Notes under the pieces: model-generated | Databases searched by the model: none | What the model saw: the letters and a program-made list of their open reading frames with translations, nothing else | Told to the model about the DNA's origin: nothing | From: Antechinus flavipes | Lineage: Eukaryota | DNA: 64,000 nucleotides | Assembly: GCF_016432865.1 (NCBI RefSeq) | Contig: NC_067403.1 | Span: 247,814,001 to 247,878,000 of the forward strand | Direction: 5' to 3' | Shown here: positions 1 to 11,330 of the stretch, one piece after another | How the letters are laid out: each line of letters begins with the position of its first letter | Numbering within the stretch: the first letter of the stretch is position 1 | Translations under genes and position numbers: made by a program

Positions 1-194
1 CAGTTATGTCTGACTCTTTGTGTCCTTCTTTGAGTTTTCTTGGTAAAGATCCTGGAGTAGTTGGCCATTTCCATCTCCAACTCATTTTACCAACAAGAAA
101 ACTGAGGCAAGTAGGAGTGACTTACCCAGGACCACACAATTAATAAGTATCTGAGGCTAGTTTTGTTCTATCCACTGCACCATTTAGTTGTCCC
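1..194 (-). mobile_element. Mar1-type CORE/RTE SINE (marsupial)
   Basis: cagttatgtctgactctttg...ttttcttggtaaagatcctggagt...aaactgaggcaa...tccactgcaccatttagttgtccc. Confidence 0.75.
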
Positions 195-591
195 AAGTAA
201 AAGATAAAAGGTTGAATTTAGAGGACCTGAGTTTAAATTTCAGTTCCCTGTACAGATTTTGGCAAGTCAATTAACCTCTATATGTGTCAATTTTCTCAGC
301 TATAAAATAAGCGAATTGGACTAGATGATCTTTAAGATTCTAATTCTAAGCCTATTATCTTACTTACCTGTAGATCACCTATATTTCTAAAGAGGGGGAT
401 AAATTCTTTGAAATAGCTTGCACATTTATCCTTTCCTGGGATAGTTCTATAGTTAACAAGATTAATATATGTTTAGTATTTCAGAGACGCAAACAAAAAA
501 TTTAAGAGACTTCATACAAAGTATGTTTTAATTATGCTTTTTACAAGTTTCTCTGTCTTAACCATAATAACCATAATAACCATCTTGCTCT

Positions 592-1554
592 TCATGGAGT
601 TTCAGAGGCTCCTTTGCGGCTCACAGATTTTTTGAGAGCACCTTTGACATCCTTGTTCCGTAGTGTGTAAATGAGAGGGTTTAGCAAGGGAGTAACAAAA
701 GTATAGACCAAGGCAATCTGTCGATCCTCATCCTCTGAGGTGCTGGACCTGGGGCGTAAATAGACTAGGCTACAGCAGCCATATTGCAGCAGGACCACAG
801 TGAGATGGGAAGAGCAAGTGGAGAAGGCTCGGCGGCGGCCCTCAGCTGAGCGGATGCGCAAGATGGTGGTGGTGATGAAGACGTAAGAGATGCAGATGAG
901 CAGGAACGGGACAGTGAGAACAAGGATTCCTACCACATAGAGGACAGCCTGATGAATTTTGGTATCAGCACAGGCCAGGCGTAGGACAGGTGGCACATCA
1001 CAAAGGAAGTGGTTGATCTCCCTGTGGTGACCACAGAAGGGCAGGGTGAAAATCAGTGCTGTCAGCTGGAGAGAGAGAAAGAGAGCCAGACCCAGGGAGC
1101 CGACCACCATCTGGGTACAAAGCTTCTGAGTCATGATGAGGCTGTAGTGCAAAGGATGACAAATGGCCACATAGCGATCATAAGCCATGACAGCCAATAG
1201 GAAACAGTCAGTGCTGCCAAGGGTGACAAAAAAGAACATCTGAGCCCCACAACCAGCCAATGGGATGGGTTTCTGGGCTCCAAAGATGTTGGAGAGCATC
1301 AATGGTACCACAGTAGTGGTGTAACAGATCTCCAGGAAGGAGAGGTTGGACAGGAAGAAGTACATGGGGGTACGGAGGGAAGTATGGGTGCATACAACCC
1401 AGATGATAGCAGTGTTCCCACAGAGTATCATCATATAGAGGAGAAAAAAGAGAAGGAAGAGGAGGGCCTGGATTCGGGGGGAACTAGTGAACATCCGGAA
1501 TACAAATTCAGTAGGGCCAGATTGGTTGAGATAGATAAAGTTGGGTGGAACCAT
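592..1554 (-). CDS. OR10Q1: Olfactory receptor G1, class II family 10, probable OR10Q1 orthologue (320 aa from MVPPNF)
   Basis: Intact single-exon 7TM ORF with OR motifs NQS, GN, LRTPMYFFLSNLS, MAYDRYVAICHPL, AFSTCSSH, PLLNPLIYTLRNKDV. Subfamily-specific strings CGNTAIIWVVCTH, LQLTALIFTLPFCGHH and YLRPRSSTSEDED match human OR10Q1 as recalled. The ORF-track ATG at 1575 lies inside a polypyrimidine tract, so the ATG at 1554 is preferred. Confidence 0.88.
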   Translation of the reverse strand: MVPPNFIYLNQSGPTEFVFRMFTSSPRIQALLFLLFFLLYMMILCGNTAIIWVVCTHTSLRTPMYFFLSNLSFLEICYTTTVVPLMLSNIFGAQKPIPLAGCGAQMFFFVTLGSTDCFLLAVMAYDRYVAICHPLHYSLIMTQKLCTQMVVGSLGLALFLSLQLTALIFTLPFCGHHREINHFLCDVPPVLRLACADTKIHQAVLYVVGILVLTVPFLLICISYVFITTTILRIRSAEGRRRAFSTCSSHLTVVLLQYGCCSLVYLRPRSSTSEDEDRQIALVYTFVTPLLNPLIYTLRNKDVKGALKKSVSRKGASETP

Positions 1555-3109
1555 CTTATCTGCTAAAGAAAGCATAAAGAAAGGATGAGTTGCTGATTTA
1601 TCTAAATAAAACCAGAATCCAAAATGTCATTTTTATTGTTGCTCAGAATACACCGCAGTGAAAGTTAATTTACTTGAGGAGTTCTTTCTCTGTCCCTTCA
1701 GTAGAATGATAGGAACTGATTCTCCCTGATCACACCTTCCTCTACATCTTGGGGTAATCTCAGGCCATCACTGCTTGATGTCCCTATACCTACTCCTTCT
1801 CCCTTTTCTTCCATGAGAGTAGAGTTTCTTTATTCAAAGTGACTTCTTGGTTTGGAGACAAAATCTCATACGAGTGTAGATCTCATTTCCAAGTGGCTTT
1901 TTTTCTTTGCAAAATTATAAAGCTTAAAACTTTATTATATATAATATAATAATAAATAAAAATTAATAAAATCAATAATTAATAATAAAATTAACCTCAA
2001 ATTATTTTAATAACCAGTCTAGAAATGTGGTTTTCCAGTCTTGTTATATTCAACTATTTGTCTTCTTGATTTCTATAGAAAAGATGCTAATTAAGGATAC
2101 AATTATCCTTCCTTCATCCAGAAAGAACAGTCATTAAGACATAAACACATGGAAAAAATTAAAAGAGCAAAGAAACTATGATGAACAGTGATCCACAGTT
2201 GCATGTGGCAATGAAACAAAAAGAGCAGAAACAGAAGGGGGGATTCAGTAGCATTCTGGAGGCTTCTCCAAATTGGCAGAGTTCTTTCACTTCCTGCTGG
2301 ATTTATCTTAAGATGATTCCTAGAAAACCAAAGGAAAAAAAAAAGGTTGAAGCCAAGTCAGCTTCACGGAAAGTGTGCTTCTTTTCCTGATACTGTATGT
2401 CTCTCACTCAATATTGCTCTGTCTCCTTTCCTCCCCCACTAGCTCTGATTTTTTCATGTCTCCCACAGAAAGACTTTAAAAATTCATTGCTATGGAAAAA
2501 AAACAAAATAAAACTTTACCCTCCAATTTCAGTCTCATTGATGGTTTCATTATTTCACTCTTTGGAAAAGCTACAACATTCATTGCAATTGCATTAGCTA
2601 ATTAATACCCACATCAAGGCAGTCGGTCCACTCTTTGTCTGAATCACTATTATGTTAAGATGAAAGCACACCATTTCAGACTTCAATGCCCAGTTAAAAT
2701 CATCTTGATGCAATCATTTCATCTCACTGGGTCTTAGTTATCTTTATCTACATGAGAAAGTGCTTGATTTAGATGACTTCTCTAATTTGTTCTAGTTCTA
2801 ACAATCTATTTACTAAAGTTCCTTAAAGCTTGGAGATTCAAAGTTCAAAGTTGTAATTTCATTCCAGATCAGATATAAATCATTGTTCTACTTTAATATT
2901 TTATATAGCAAAGTTCTTGATTTTAACACCTATGTTCAAAGATATGTCCTGGTTCTGATGGTCTGTATTTTATGTTCTAAAATCCTTTCTAATACTGACG
3001 ATGTATGTTGACTCCCTTGGAAGCACGATATTATGTTCTAAATATGAAAGTTGAGTTAGGTGCTCTCTGTCAGAGGTTTTACTCCTGCACAATAGGATTA
3101 CATGCTTAC

Positions 3110-3160
3110 CACATATAAATATATAATTTTAGATAAATAACTATAATATAAGCTCCAAAT
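3110..3160 (-). other. Candidate 51-nt 5'UTR exon of G1
   Basis: Acceptor cttttttcag (AG 3162-3161) follows a ~260-nt pyrimidine tract. Donor GTG/GTAAGC (GT 3109-3108). Confidence 0.4.
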
Positions 3161-3162
3161 CT

Positions 3163-3425
3163 GAAAAAAGGGAGGAAAATATGAAAGAGAAAAAAGAAGA
3201 GAAGGAAAAAGAAGAGGACAAAGAGAAAAAAGAGAAGCAGGAAGAAAAGAGAAGAAGATGAAGAAGAAGAAGAAAAAGGAGGACGAGGAGGGAGTAGAAG
3301 GGATGGGAAGAGGAAAAGAAGGAAGAGAAGGAGAAGTATGTCAACAATGATGATGATGAAAGTGATTAGTAAATGGAAAATGGCAGAAGATGGAAGACAG
3401 AGGATAAAAAGCAAAAAAAAAAAAA
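3163..3425 (+). repeat. Purine-rich low-complexity (GAA/GGA) tract
   Basis: Direct reading. Confidence 0.9.
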
Positions 3426-4899
3426 GAACTAAGAGAAGATAGATGAAAAGAACAAAAGAAAGATAATTATTTCAACTAATATTGATTATATGCCAACCTA
3501 AGTCACAAATTTTTTTTAAGTCTCTGAAAGCCATAAATAAATTGAAAATATCATAGAATCTCAGAGTTAGAAGGCCTTTGAGATCACTGAGTCTGACATA
3601 TTTATGAATGTTTCCATTCTACAACTTACTTATCAGGTGATTCTTGAACCTTTTGTGAGGGACTCTAACAAGGAATAAACCACTATCTTCAGAGGCAATG
3701 TACTCTTTTTTGGGATAGCTTTAATAATAAGAAAAGCTTTTTAAAAAATTTCCCATGTTTAGCACAGTGCCTGACACATAATAGATACAATAAATGGTTA
3801 TTTATTATTGACTATTGGTTAGTCTATGATATATTTCTTTCTTTCCATATAGAACCTAAAAATGATGAGCAGTACCAAAACCTATTAGAAATTTGCCATT
3901 TCTCTTTTGAATGAGACCAACACATTTAAGCAAATTAACCTGATTATCTTGGAATAGGATTGTAAATCACACCCAGGAGAAACGGAGGCAGTGCTAATAT
4001 TCCCACATCGCATAAAATATATTTTTTCATGTATAGGACAAAAGATGAAGAAGAAATAACTGAAGGTGCCTGAATATCTGACTTCAAGTATTTTAAGTGC
4101 TTTCATGTAGGAAAGAAATTAAGTTTGTTTAGGTTGGTCCCAGTAGAAAGAACTAGGGATCAGTTGGGGAAAGCTACAGAAAAGCTTCCTTGAGCATGGC
4201 AAAAGGAAAGCGTTGCTGATAACTGGAGCCATCCCAGAATGCAATGAGCTGCTTCCAGCACATTGATCATTTGTCATTTGTCAAGAAACATGATAGAGGA
4301 TATTCCTACTCCAATAGGAGCTAGACAAGATGACCTTGAGAGTCTCTTCCAATATGGATATGTTGAGATTCTATCAAATAAAATAATACCTTTATATCTT
4401 GAATAAATCCTAGAACATCCATGAAACCATAGACAGGGCTAGCAAAGTCCTCTGAGATTGTTTAATCTTCTCCATAGAAGATGAGGAAACTGAAGCTTTA
4501 TAGAGAAAACTGAAGCTCATAAAGATATAATGTTTGAGGTCATATAGCTCCCAAATAACTTAGTCAACATTCAAACCCAGCTCTTCTGCCACCTAGTCTA
4601 GTACTTTCTGCACTAGAAGTGCCCTTGCATTTTTCTTAGATGTGTGTTTGGGAAATCAGCATCCCTTATTGAGAATACATGAGAACTGAAAGGACACATA
4701 TTAGTGTCCCCTTGCCAGAGAGAAATTAGGAGACAGTAACCAAAAAAAGATTTTCTCTAGAAATGTTTCTTGGGTACACTTTAAATTCATATTATCTAAC
4801 CCTATCTGGACTCTCATGGCAGCAAGCCAAGCCTTTTATACTTCCTCTTCTGCTTTCTTATCTTGTTTCCCAGAAAAGCATTTCTTAACATCCTCTTCT

Positions 4900-6365
4900 C
4901 TCCTCCAATCTCACACATTTCCTCTCTCTTCTCTCATACTTGCAGACCTGTGGATTACTTTTTTTTAAAAATTGGAATTAATCATCCACTGTGAGTTCCT
5001 TCTTTTCTCTTTGCATCTCAAAACTCCTTCATATTCTTCTTATTTTCCCCAGAATCTGATAAAAAGGTAACTCATTGTTTTTGACAAGACAAATTCCACC
5101 ATATATCTTCTTGATCCCAGCTCCTCCTATCTTTCCCAGAAGATTACAACCTCAATAATCTCTTAATGATTTTCAGCTTCTCCTTATCTCTTTGCTCCTT
5201 TCCTCCAGTCTTTTAACATATCTAACTCCCCCTATATTTAAAAAAAAATCATTAGACTTCACCACTCTCTTCAGCAATTGTCCTATTTCCCACCTCCCTT
5301 GCTCAACTATATTCCTAGAATACACTCACTGTTTCAGATACTTTTTTCTCAGTCATTTCTCAATCCTTTGCACTCTGGTTTCCATTTCCATTTCTCAATC
5401 CTTTGCACTCTGGTTTCCATTTCCAACCTCATTACTCAGCTGAAACTGCTCTCTACAATGTTACTAAAAATCTCTTAATTGATAAATCTGATTTTCTTTG
5501 TTAGTTCTCATCATTCTCCAACTAGCTGCTGAGTCTAACCTGTTGAATACCCTCTTCTCCTGTATACTTGTTTCTCTCTAGATTTTTTAACACCACTCTC
5601 TTTTACCTCTCCTTTTTAATTTCTTTTGCTTATCCACCATCCTGGTCATTCCCGCTACTTGGGAGTGTCACCCAAAGTTCTTTGCCAGGGTCCTTTTCTC
5701 TTTCTGCATTCTCTCATTCTGACTTCATCAACTCATAAATTTTTAAATGATCATTCTATGCCAGTGATTCTCAGATGTGGCTATATAGCTCCAATCTCTT
5801 TTCCGACTTTGAGTCTTGCATTACCAATTGCCTATTGGGCATGAAAAATGTATGTCAGGAAAATATGTCAAACTCAATGTACTCAAAAGAGAACTTCATC
5901 TTTCTCCATAACTCATTTCCTCTTCCAAACTTGCTTATATTCATTGATATTCTTTCTGCTTTCAAGATTCATAATCTTAGTCTTATCCTCTGTTCCTTAC
6001 TCTCCTTCTCCCTTATCTCACATGAATTCAATCACTTGCCAAATCTTGCTACTTCTATTTCCCCAATATCTCTTGCCCTTTTTATCTACTCACATGGTTG
6101 CCACATTGCCTAAGTATAGGTTCTCATCCGAATTAACCTAGATTAATACATCGCTCCCTTGGCTAGTTTCTCTGTCTTATCTTTCTATACTTCAGTGCAC
6201 CATCCATGATACTTGAAAGCAATTTTTCTTAAGTACAGATCTAACTGTGTCAGTTCCTTATTATACCAACTCCAGTGGCTTCCAATTGGCTCTCGAATAA
6301 AATACATTTTTGTCCTTAGCTTTTAAAGCCCTTCACAAACTCTGTTAAGTATTTGTTGAATTTAG
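4900..6365 (+). mobile_element. L2 LINE remnant; partial duplicate at 18955-20045
   Basis: C/T-rich L2-like body (tcaaactcaatgtactcaaaagagaac) ending agtatttgttgaat. Confidence 0.7.
5354..5423 (+). repeat. Perfect 2 x 35-bp tandem duplication
   Basis: catttctcaatcctttgcactctggtttccatttc twice; single copy at the paralogous site near 19094. Confidence 0.9.
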
Positions 6366-7259
6366 CAAATGACTCCTCCCCCAATTTTGACCACAATTTC
6401 CTTGTCTATCAAATGAGCATAAATTAATTGCTATTTTAGAATTCTCACACAACTCTGTGATTTCATGACCCATAATGCTACCCTTCTGTCTGGTGATCAA
6501 AGATCAATTTTATTCAAGCTAATGCTGCTTAGATTATGTATCATGGCACTAGTCAATGATACCACGAATTTGGTAAATGTTTGTTGAATCACACTGAACT
6601 GAAGGAAAGCATTGCAGGGACAAAGCTGTCCTGTACATGGACCAGTAGAGACTTTAAAACAAAGAATATTGGTAAAGAACCTGGGCTATTTCCCATTCCC
6701 TTAATAGCTAAACACTCTAGGGATTAGAGAGATTAGATTAGATGATGCAACATCTCAGATGATGTAAAAGATATCACAAAATGTAAAAAGACCTAGAGCA
6801 GAACTTTTTAACATTTTTTTTTTGAGTCATGCATCATGTCATTAGTTTGCTGAAGTGTATGGACTCTTTTTCAGAATGTTTTGAAATGAGCAAAATAAAA
6901 TAAACAGAATGGGAAAGGAAAACAATTTTGCTGAATTTAGATGTATTTTTCCTACTTTAATTCATTGACTCTATAAAATTGCTCCATGGATGCTCTATGA
7001 ACATCCTCAAGTCTGTGGATCCCAGATTAGGAACACCTATACTAGAGGAAAGCAGCCAGTACATTGAAAAACTTCTTTATGGAGGGTTTAGGGAAGGACA
7101 TGAAAAAGAATGACCAAGATGAGGTATACATATCTTATCTCTCCTCTCAATAAGGAGGGAATAAGACCCTTGAGGACAGCAGTTGTGGGTTGCCCTTTGT
7201 ACCTGTTTAGATGAGCATCTGCGAGGTAAAGAGGAAAGACTCCTGGCCAATAGGTAGTG

Positions 7260-7470
7260 AAGTGGAAAGAATACAGCACTTGGAATTAGTTTTGCCACTC
7301 ACTCTTATTAGCTAGGTGATTCTCAGCAAGACATTTAACTTCTATTTCAGTTTTCTCATCTGTAAAGTAAGAATAATAGTATTTATTTCATAATCATTGT
7401 GAGAACCAAGTGAATGAGCAAATGTAAGATGCTTTGCAAATCTTAAAACACTGTGTAAATGCTTACTAGT
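7260..7470 (+). mobile_element. MIR SINE (duplicate about 20945-21165)
   Basis: CORE sequence ttcagttttctcatctgtaaagtaagaataatag...gtgtaaatgct. Confidence 0.7.
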
Positions 7471-7513
7471 ACTACTGATATTTTTTGTACTACATCTACT
7501 AATCCTTCTCCTA

Positions 7514-7668
7514 NNNNNNNNNNNNNNNNNNNNNNNNNNNNNNNNNNNNNNNNNNNNNNNNNNNNNNNNNNNNNNNNNNNNNNNNNNNNNNNNNNNNNNN
7601 NNNNNNNNNNNNNNNNNNNNNNNNNNNNNNNNNNNNNNNNNNNNNNNNNNNNNNNNNNNNNNNNNNNN
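7514..7668. other. Assembly gap (155 N)
   Basis: Run of N. Confidence 1.
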
Positions 7669-7745
7669 ATCAGAATACCAAGGTTTAAAAGACAATACCA
7701 GAACTCTCTACCTGAGTTACCATGAGCAAGTTCATTTCTCTAGTC

Positions 7746-7919
7746 CAGGGGTCCTCAAACTACGGCCCTTGGGCCAGATTCGGCAGCTCACCCAGGGCTA
7801 TGAAGTTTCTTTATTTAAAGGCCTACAAAACAAAGTTTTTGTTTTTACTATAGTCCGGCCCTCCAACAGTCTGAGGGACAGTGAACCGGCCCCCTATTTA
7901 AAAAGTTTGAGGACCCCTG
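7746..7919. mobile_element. Non-autonomous hAT MITE, OC1/OposCharlie1 (hAT2_ML-like) family, 174 bp
   Basis: TIRs CAGGGGTCCTCAAACT ... AGTTTGAGGACCCCTG. Near-perfect 8-bp TSD ctctagtc (7738-7745) / c[g]tctagtc (7920-7928). Empty site in the paralogous copy near 21350. Confidence 0.85.
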
Positions 7920-8102
7920 CGTCTAGTCCTTACTTTCCTCATGTAATACCAAGGAATTGGATTAGATAATCTTTAAGGTCCTTTTCACTTCTAAGTCTAT
8001 GATGCTATGAGATCACAGTTCCCATACATTTAGCCATTTAGGTAAAGAACAGTAAAATCTGGCTCAAATAAATTTTTGACGATACTCTCTTTTCCATGAA
8101 AT

Positions 8103-8104
<2 letters not shown>

Positions 8105-8157
<53 letters not shown>
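8105..8157. repeat. (AT)n microsatellite
   Basis: Direct reading; absent from paralogous copy 2. Confidence 0.95.
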
Positions 8158-8164
<7 letters not shown>

Positions 8165-8866
8165 GAGATAAAAGTATCCTGTAACCTGATCCTGAGGGAA
8201 GCCACTTCATCATTATAGGGCAGATGCTTGGCCTATTTATGACTTTGTATCTTAAGAAATTTATGCTCCCTGGGTTTGGGGCTCTGAACTTAGGGTGGAT
8301 TAACCAAGGATGTGATCTATAGTCACTCTTAAAGAGTTTTAAGTCTATCACCCCTTTATTGTTACAGGTAAGAAAACTAAGAAAGAAAGTGGCACAGTGA
8401 ATGGAGTGTTTGCTTTAACAATCAAGAAGATCTGAATTCAATTTTGCCTTAGACTTTTACTAACTGTATGGCTATAGGTAACCTAACTAATCTCTCCAAA
8501 CCTCAGTTTCCTCATTTCTGAAAATAAAGTGATAGGACTGGATTACATGGCCTCTAAGGGAACTTTCAACTCTAACTGGAGTGGAATGAATTGTTGCCCA
8601 ACATCACATGGTAAATTAGGAGCAGAATTGTTTTTAGAACTCATATCACTTTGTTCCCATGTCTTTTCTGTACTTCAGCTTATGATTACTTGATGAGAAA
8701 AGACTGATATACTTGAGCCATTGAAGTATTATAGAAGAAGATCTTGAGAACTGGATCCAATGACAATAAGATGGGGGAGTATGTCCAGTTGGTCTACTTT
8801 TTTCTATCTTTAACATTTTCTTTATTATTGTGAACTTAATAACCATCAATAAAACAAATAATATTT

Positions 8867-9386
8867 TGTAGGGGGCCAGGAGGTGAGAATCCATTTCAGG
8901 TTTTGAATCTTACTGTCAACTCACTTTAAACTCCCTTATTGAAATAGCAGAGACTGCTTGTCAATATAATAAATTAATAATCTAGTGACTGAAGCAAAAT
9001 GCAAACACTACTCTTTAGATTAAAGGCAAACCTTTGAACTTAGGACAGAAAAAAGAGACCACAATAAACACTAAAGGCATTTAGGAGAAAGATACTTGAG
9101 ACAATGGTATGATAAACTTTACCCTGATGTGTATCTCAACTATATGCATCTCTGACTAATTAACTAAGATCTAGGGCTTAATCATTTACATCTCAGTAGA
9201 TCTTGTTTGTTAGAGAAAACAATAGGAACTTCAAAGAGTGTACTTTGTATCAAGTCTATGAACATTTGAAATATATATATTTGTCTCTCTGATCAATAAA
9301 CTTTAGAGTCCATAATCGAGACTCTCTCTGCCTACTCCTGGTAAAAGTCACATCCTTCATCTCACTACAGGAGCAGGACTTCAACA
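8867..9386 (+). mobile_element. ERV solo LTR c (520 bp)
   Basis: TG...CA termini, AATAAA at 9295-9300, 6-bp TSD atattt/atatat. Empty site caaata-atatat-aaaaag in the paralogue near 22370. Confidence 0.8.
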
Positions 9387-10003
9387 ATATATAAAAAAGG
9401 AAATTGTATAAGAAATCTCAAATTTATGTAATGTTCTTCCAGAAACATTTACATGCACACATATATGTATATACACACATATATACAATTTAATGATTTT
9501 ATAAAGAATTTTTGTGTTCTCTTTTACAGTTCTCTTTAATTTCTTCTCTGAATTTGAAATATTTCCTTGATGGTCTACTGATGGCTAACTCTCCTAACCT
9601 TTCTTCTCCCCACCAAGAGAAATCTCTCCATTATAAATAGGAATCTAGCCAAAGGAAATGACGATATTATTCATATCTAGAAAAGTATATCTATAGATTT
9701 GATTGGTAGCAAAGATTCCTCTTGCCTCTAACCATAGTCCTGCATGAGGACCAAATTGATAGGCTGGTTTATACATATTTAAGATAGTCCCTGAAAAATC
9801 CATTAGGATGAAAAGGATATTGGAGTTGAAACCAAAACCCCTCAGTTGATTGTATTTTCTTGGCCAGACACTTCCTTTCCCTGGGATTGAGTTTTCTTCT
9901 TAAAAGGAGAGGGTTTAAACTGAATTAATTCTAGGGAACTTTCCTTGCTCCAAATTATGGGATCTCAAGTCATATAAGTAAATAAAAAGGAAGCAGTGAA
10001 ATT

Positions 10004-10710
10004 ACCTCTTCTTTCCAGCATGTCTAAATCCATCAGTCATCTGAGGGAAGAGCTGATCAGCAGTCTGCTTTTGTCCTGAGATGCTCCTGTGCCCAGCTAC
10101 AACAGAGCTCAATTGCTTTCTTTCTACTTTCTCATTGATTTAAATGGAGTGAGATTACATGATTTTCACAGGATATTATGAGTAACTAGAAAGAAGAGAT
10201 CCTGCCTACTGGATATTCCCTTTTCTTTTACTCTCTGGCTAGATCTAATAGAACTAAAGGTGGGAACAGATACTGGTATCCTTCTCTACCTGGGGTCTTA
10301 GAGTTGAGACAGCTTTAGTGTATAGTGATCATATGTACCATGAGTACTTTCTAGACTAAGATTCAGGATGCTTCTGCTGAATGAAAAAAGCCAACAAGGG
10401 TAATCCCTATTGACTGCAATCATAGTACAGTCATGTTTTTCTTTAATCAAGTTATTTACAGTCTTCTCTGGATTCTCTCTCAGAGGAATGGGTCCCTGAA
10501 GCAGAGGGTTTGGGGAAAACTTTGTGAATTGAGGACAACTCAGGTAAAGTTAATGGACATTCATATCTCTATAGGCTTATTCAGTGGCCATCCCAACAGG
10601 AGCCTGGACACTTGTAGAAGGGAATCTTGCTCTCTTATCACCTCTTTTTTTCTCTTCTCCATCAGGGATCTTAGTTGTCTTCTAGTGAGTTTCTCCAAGG
10701 TGAAATGGCT
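10004..10710 (-). promoter_or_regulatory. Module A copy 1: putative promoter and non-coding exon 1 of G1
   Basis: Donor GAG/GTAATT (GT at 10005-10004), O/E-like TCTCAGAGGA 10478-10487, HD site TAATGG 10551-10556. Homologous to four other copies. Confidence 0.6.
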
Positions 10711-11099
10711 AAACTACAATTTTATATAAATTTATGAAGAATGTAGCTAAAGAGAGATAAGCTTCAGTTTTGTCAAGTGGAAAATGCCAAAAAAATTCTA
10801 ATTTGTTCAAAATTATTTAAAGTGTTTGCCCCCATATGAAGCCCTGAACCAGGTACTGAAGATAGAAGGCTAAAATGTAACACAGTGGCTCCCTTCAAGG
10901 AGCGCCTAGTCTTTTGGAGAGTGAGAAAGGAAGAGATTTGCAAAGAGAAACACAATACTTTGATAGTGTCAAGGGGAGTATTCAAAGTACTCCAGAAAAA
11001 TTTGAGGGAAAGATTGCTTCCAGCTCAGAGGATCAGAAAAAGCTCCTGCAAGTAGGTAGCATCTAATAGAGGCCTTGGGAAATCAGTTAGTAATAATTG

Positions 11100-11330
11100 T
11101 TGTTCATTCAAGCATTCTAAGGCTTGAAAATCATTGTAATCTGTTGTTTTATTTGATCCTATCAACAACTCTGTGAAGTAGACTCTATTATTTCCATTGT
11201 AGTGATGAGAAAATTGAGACACAAAGACTAAAGTGACTTGTCAAAAGTTACACAGGAAATAGCTGAGACTAAATTTGAACTAAGGTCTTTATGACGACAT
11301 ACATAGCACTCTACCCATTGGACAATCAAG
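11100..11330 (-). mobile_element. MIR SINE (duplicate about 24160-24375)
   Basis: gatcctatcaacaactctgtgaagtag...gatgagaaaattgagacacaaagactaaagtgacttgtc. Confidence 0.65.

Noticed and set aside
2290-2350. Strong acceptor ccttttttttttcctttggttttctag (AG 2321-2320) upstream of G1
   Set aside because: No convincing paired donor found by eye, so no exon can be delimited.
3106-3414. Hydrophobic 102-aa minus-strand ORF
   Set aside because: Translation of a pyrimidine-rich low-complexity tract (F/L/S runs).
10433-10729. 98-aa ORF with a 75-aa counterpart at 23568-23795
   Set aside because: The similarity comes from duplication A, the frame is not maintained between copies, and the block is better explained as regulatory module A.
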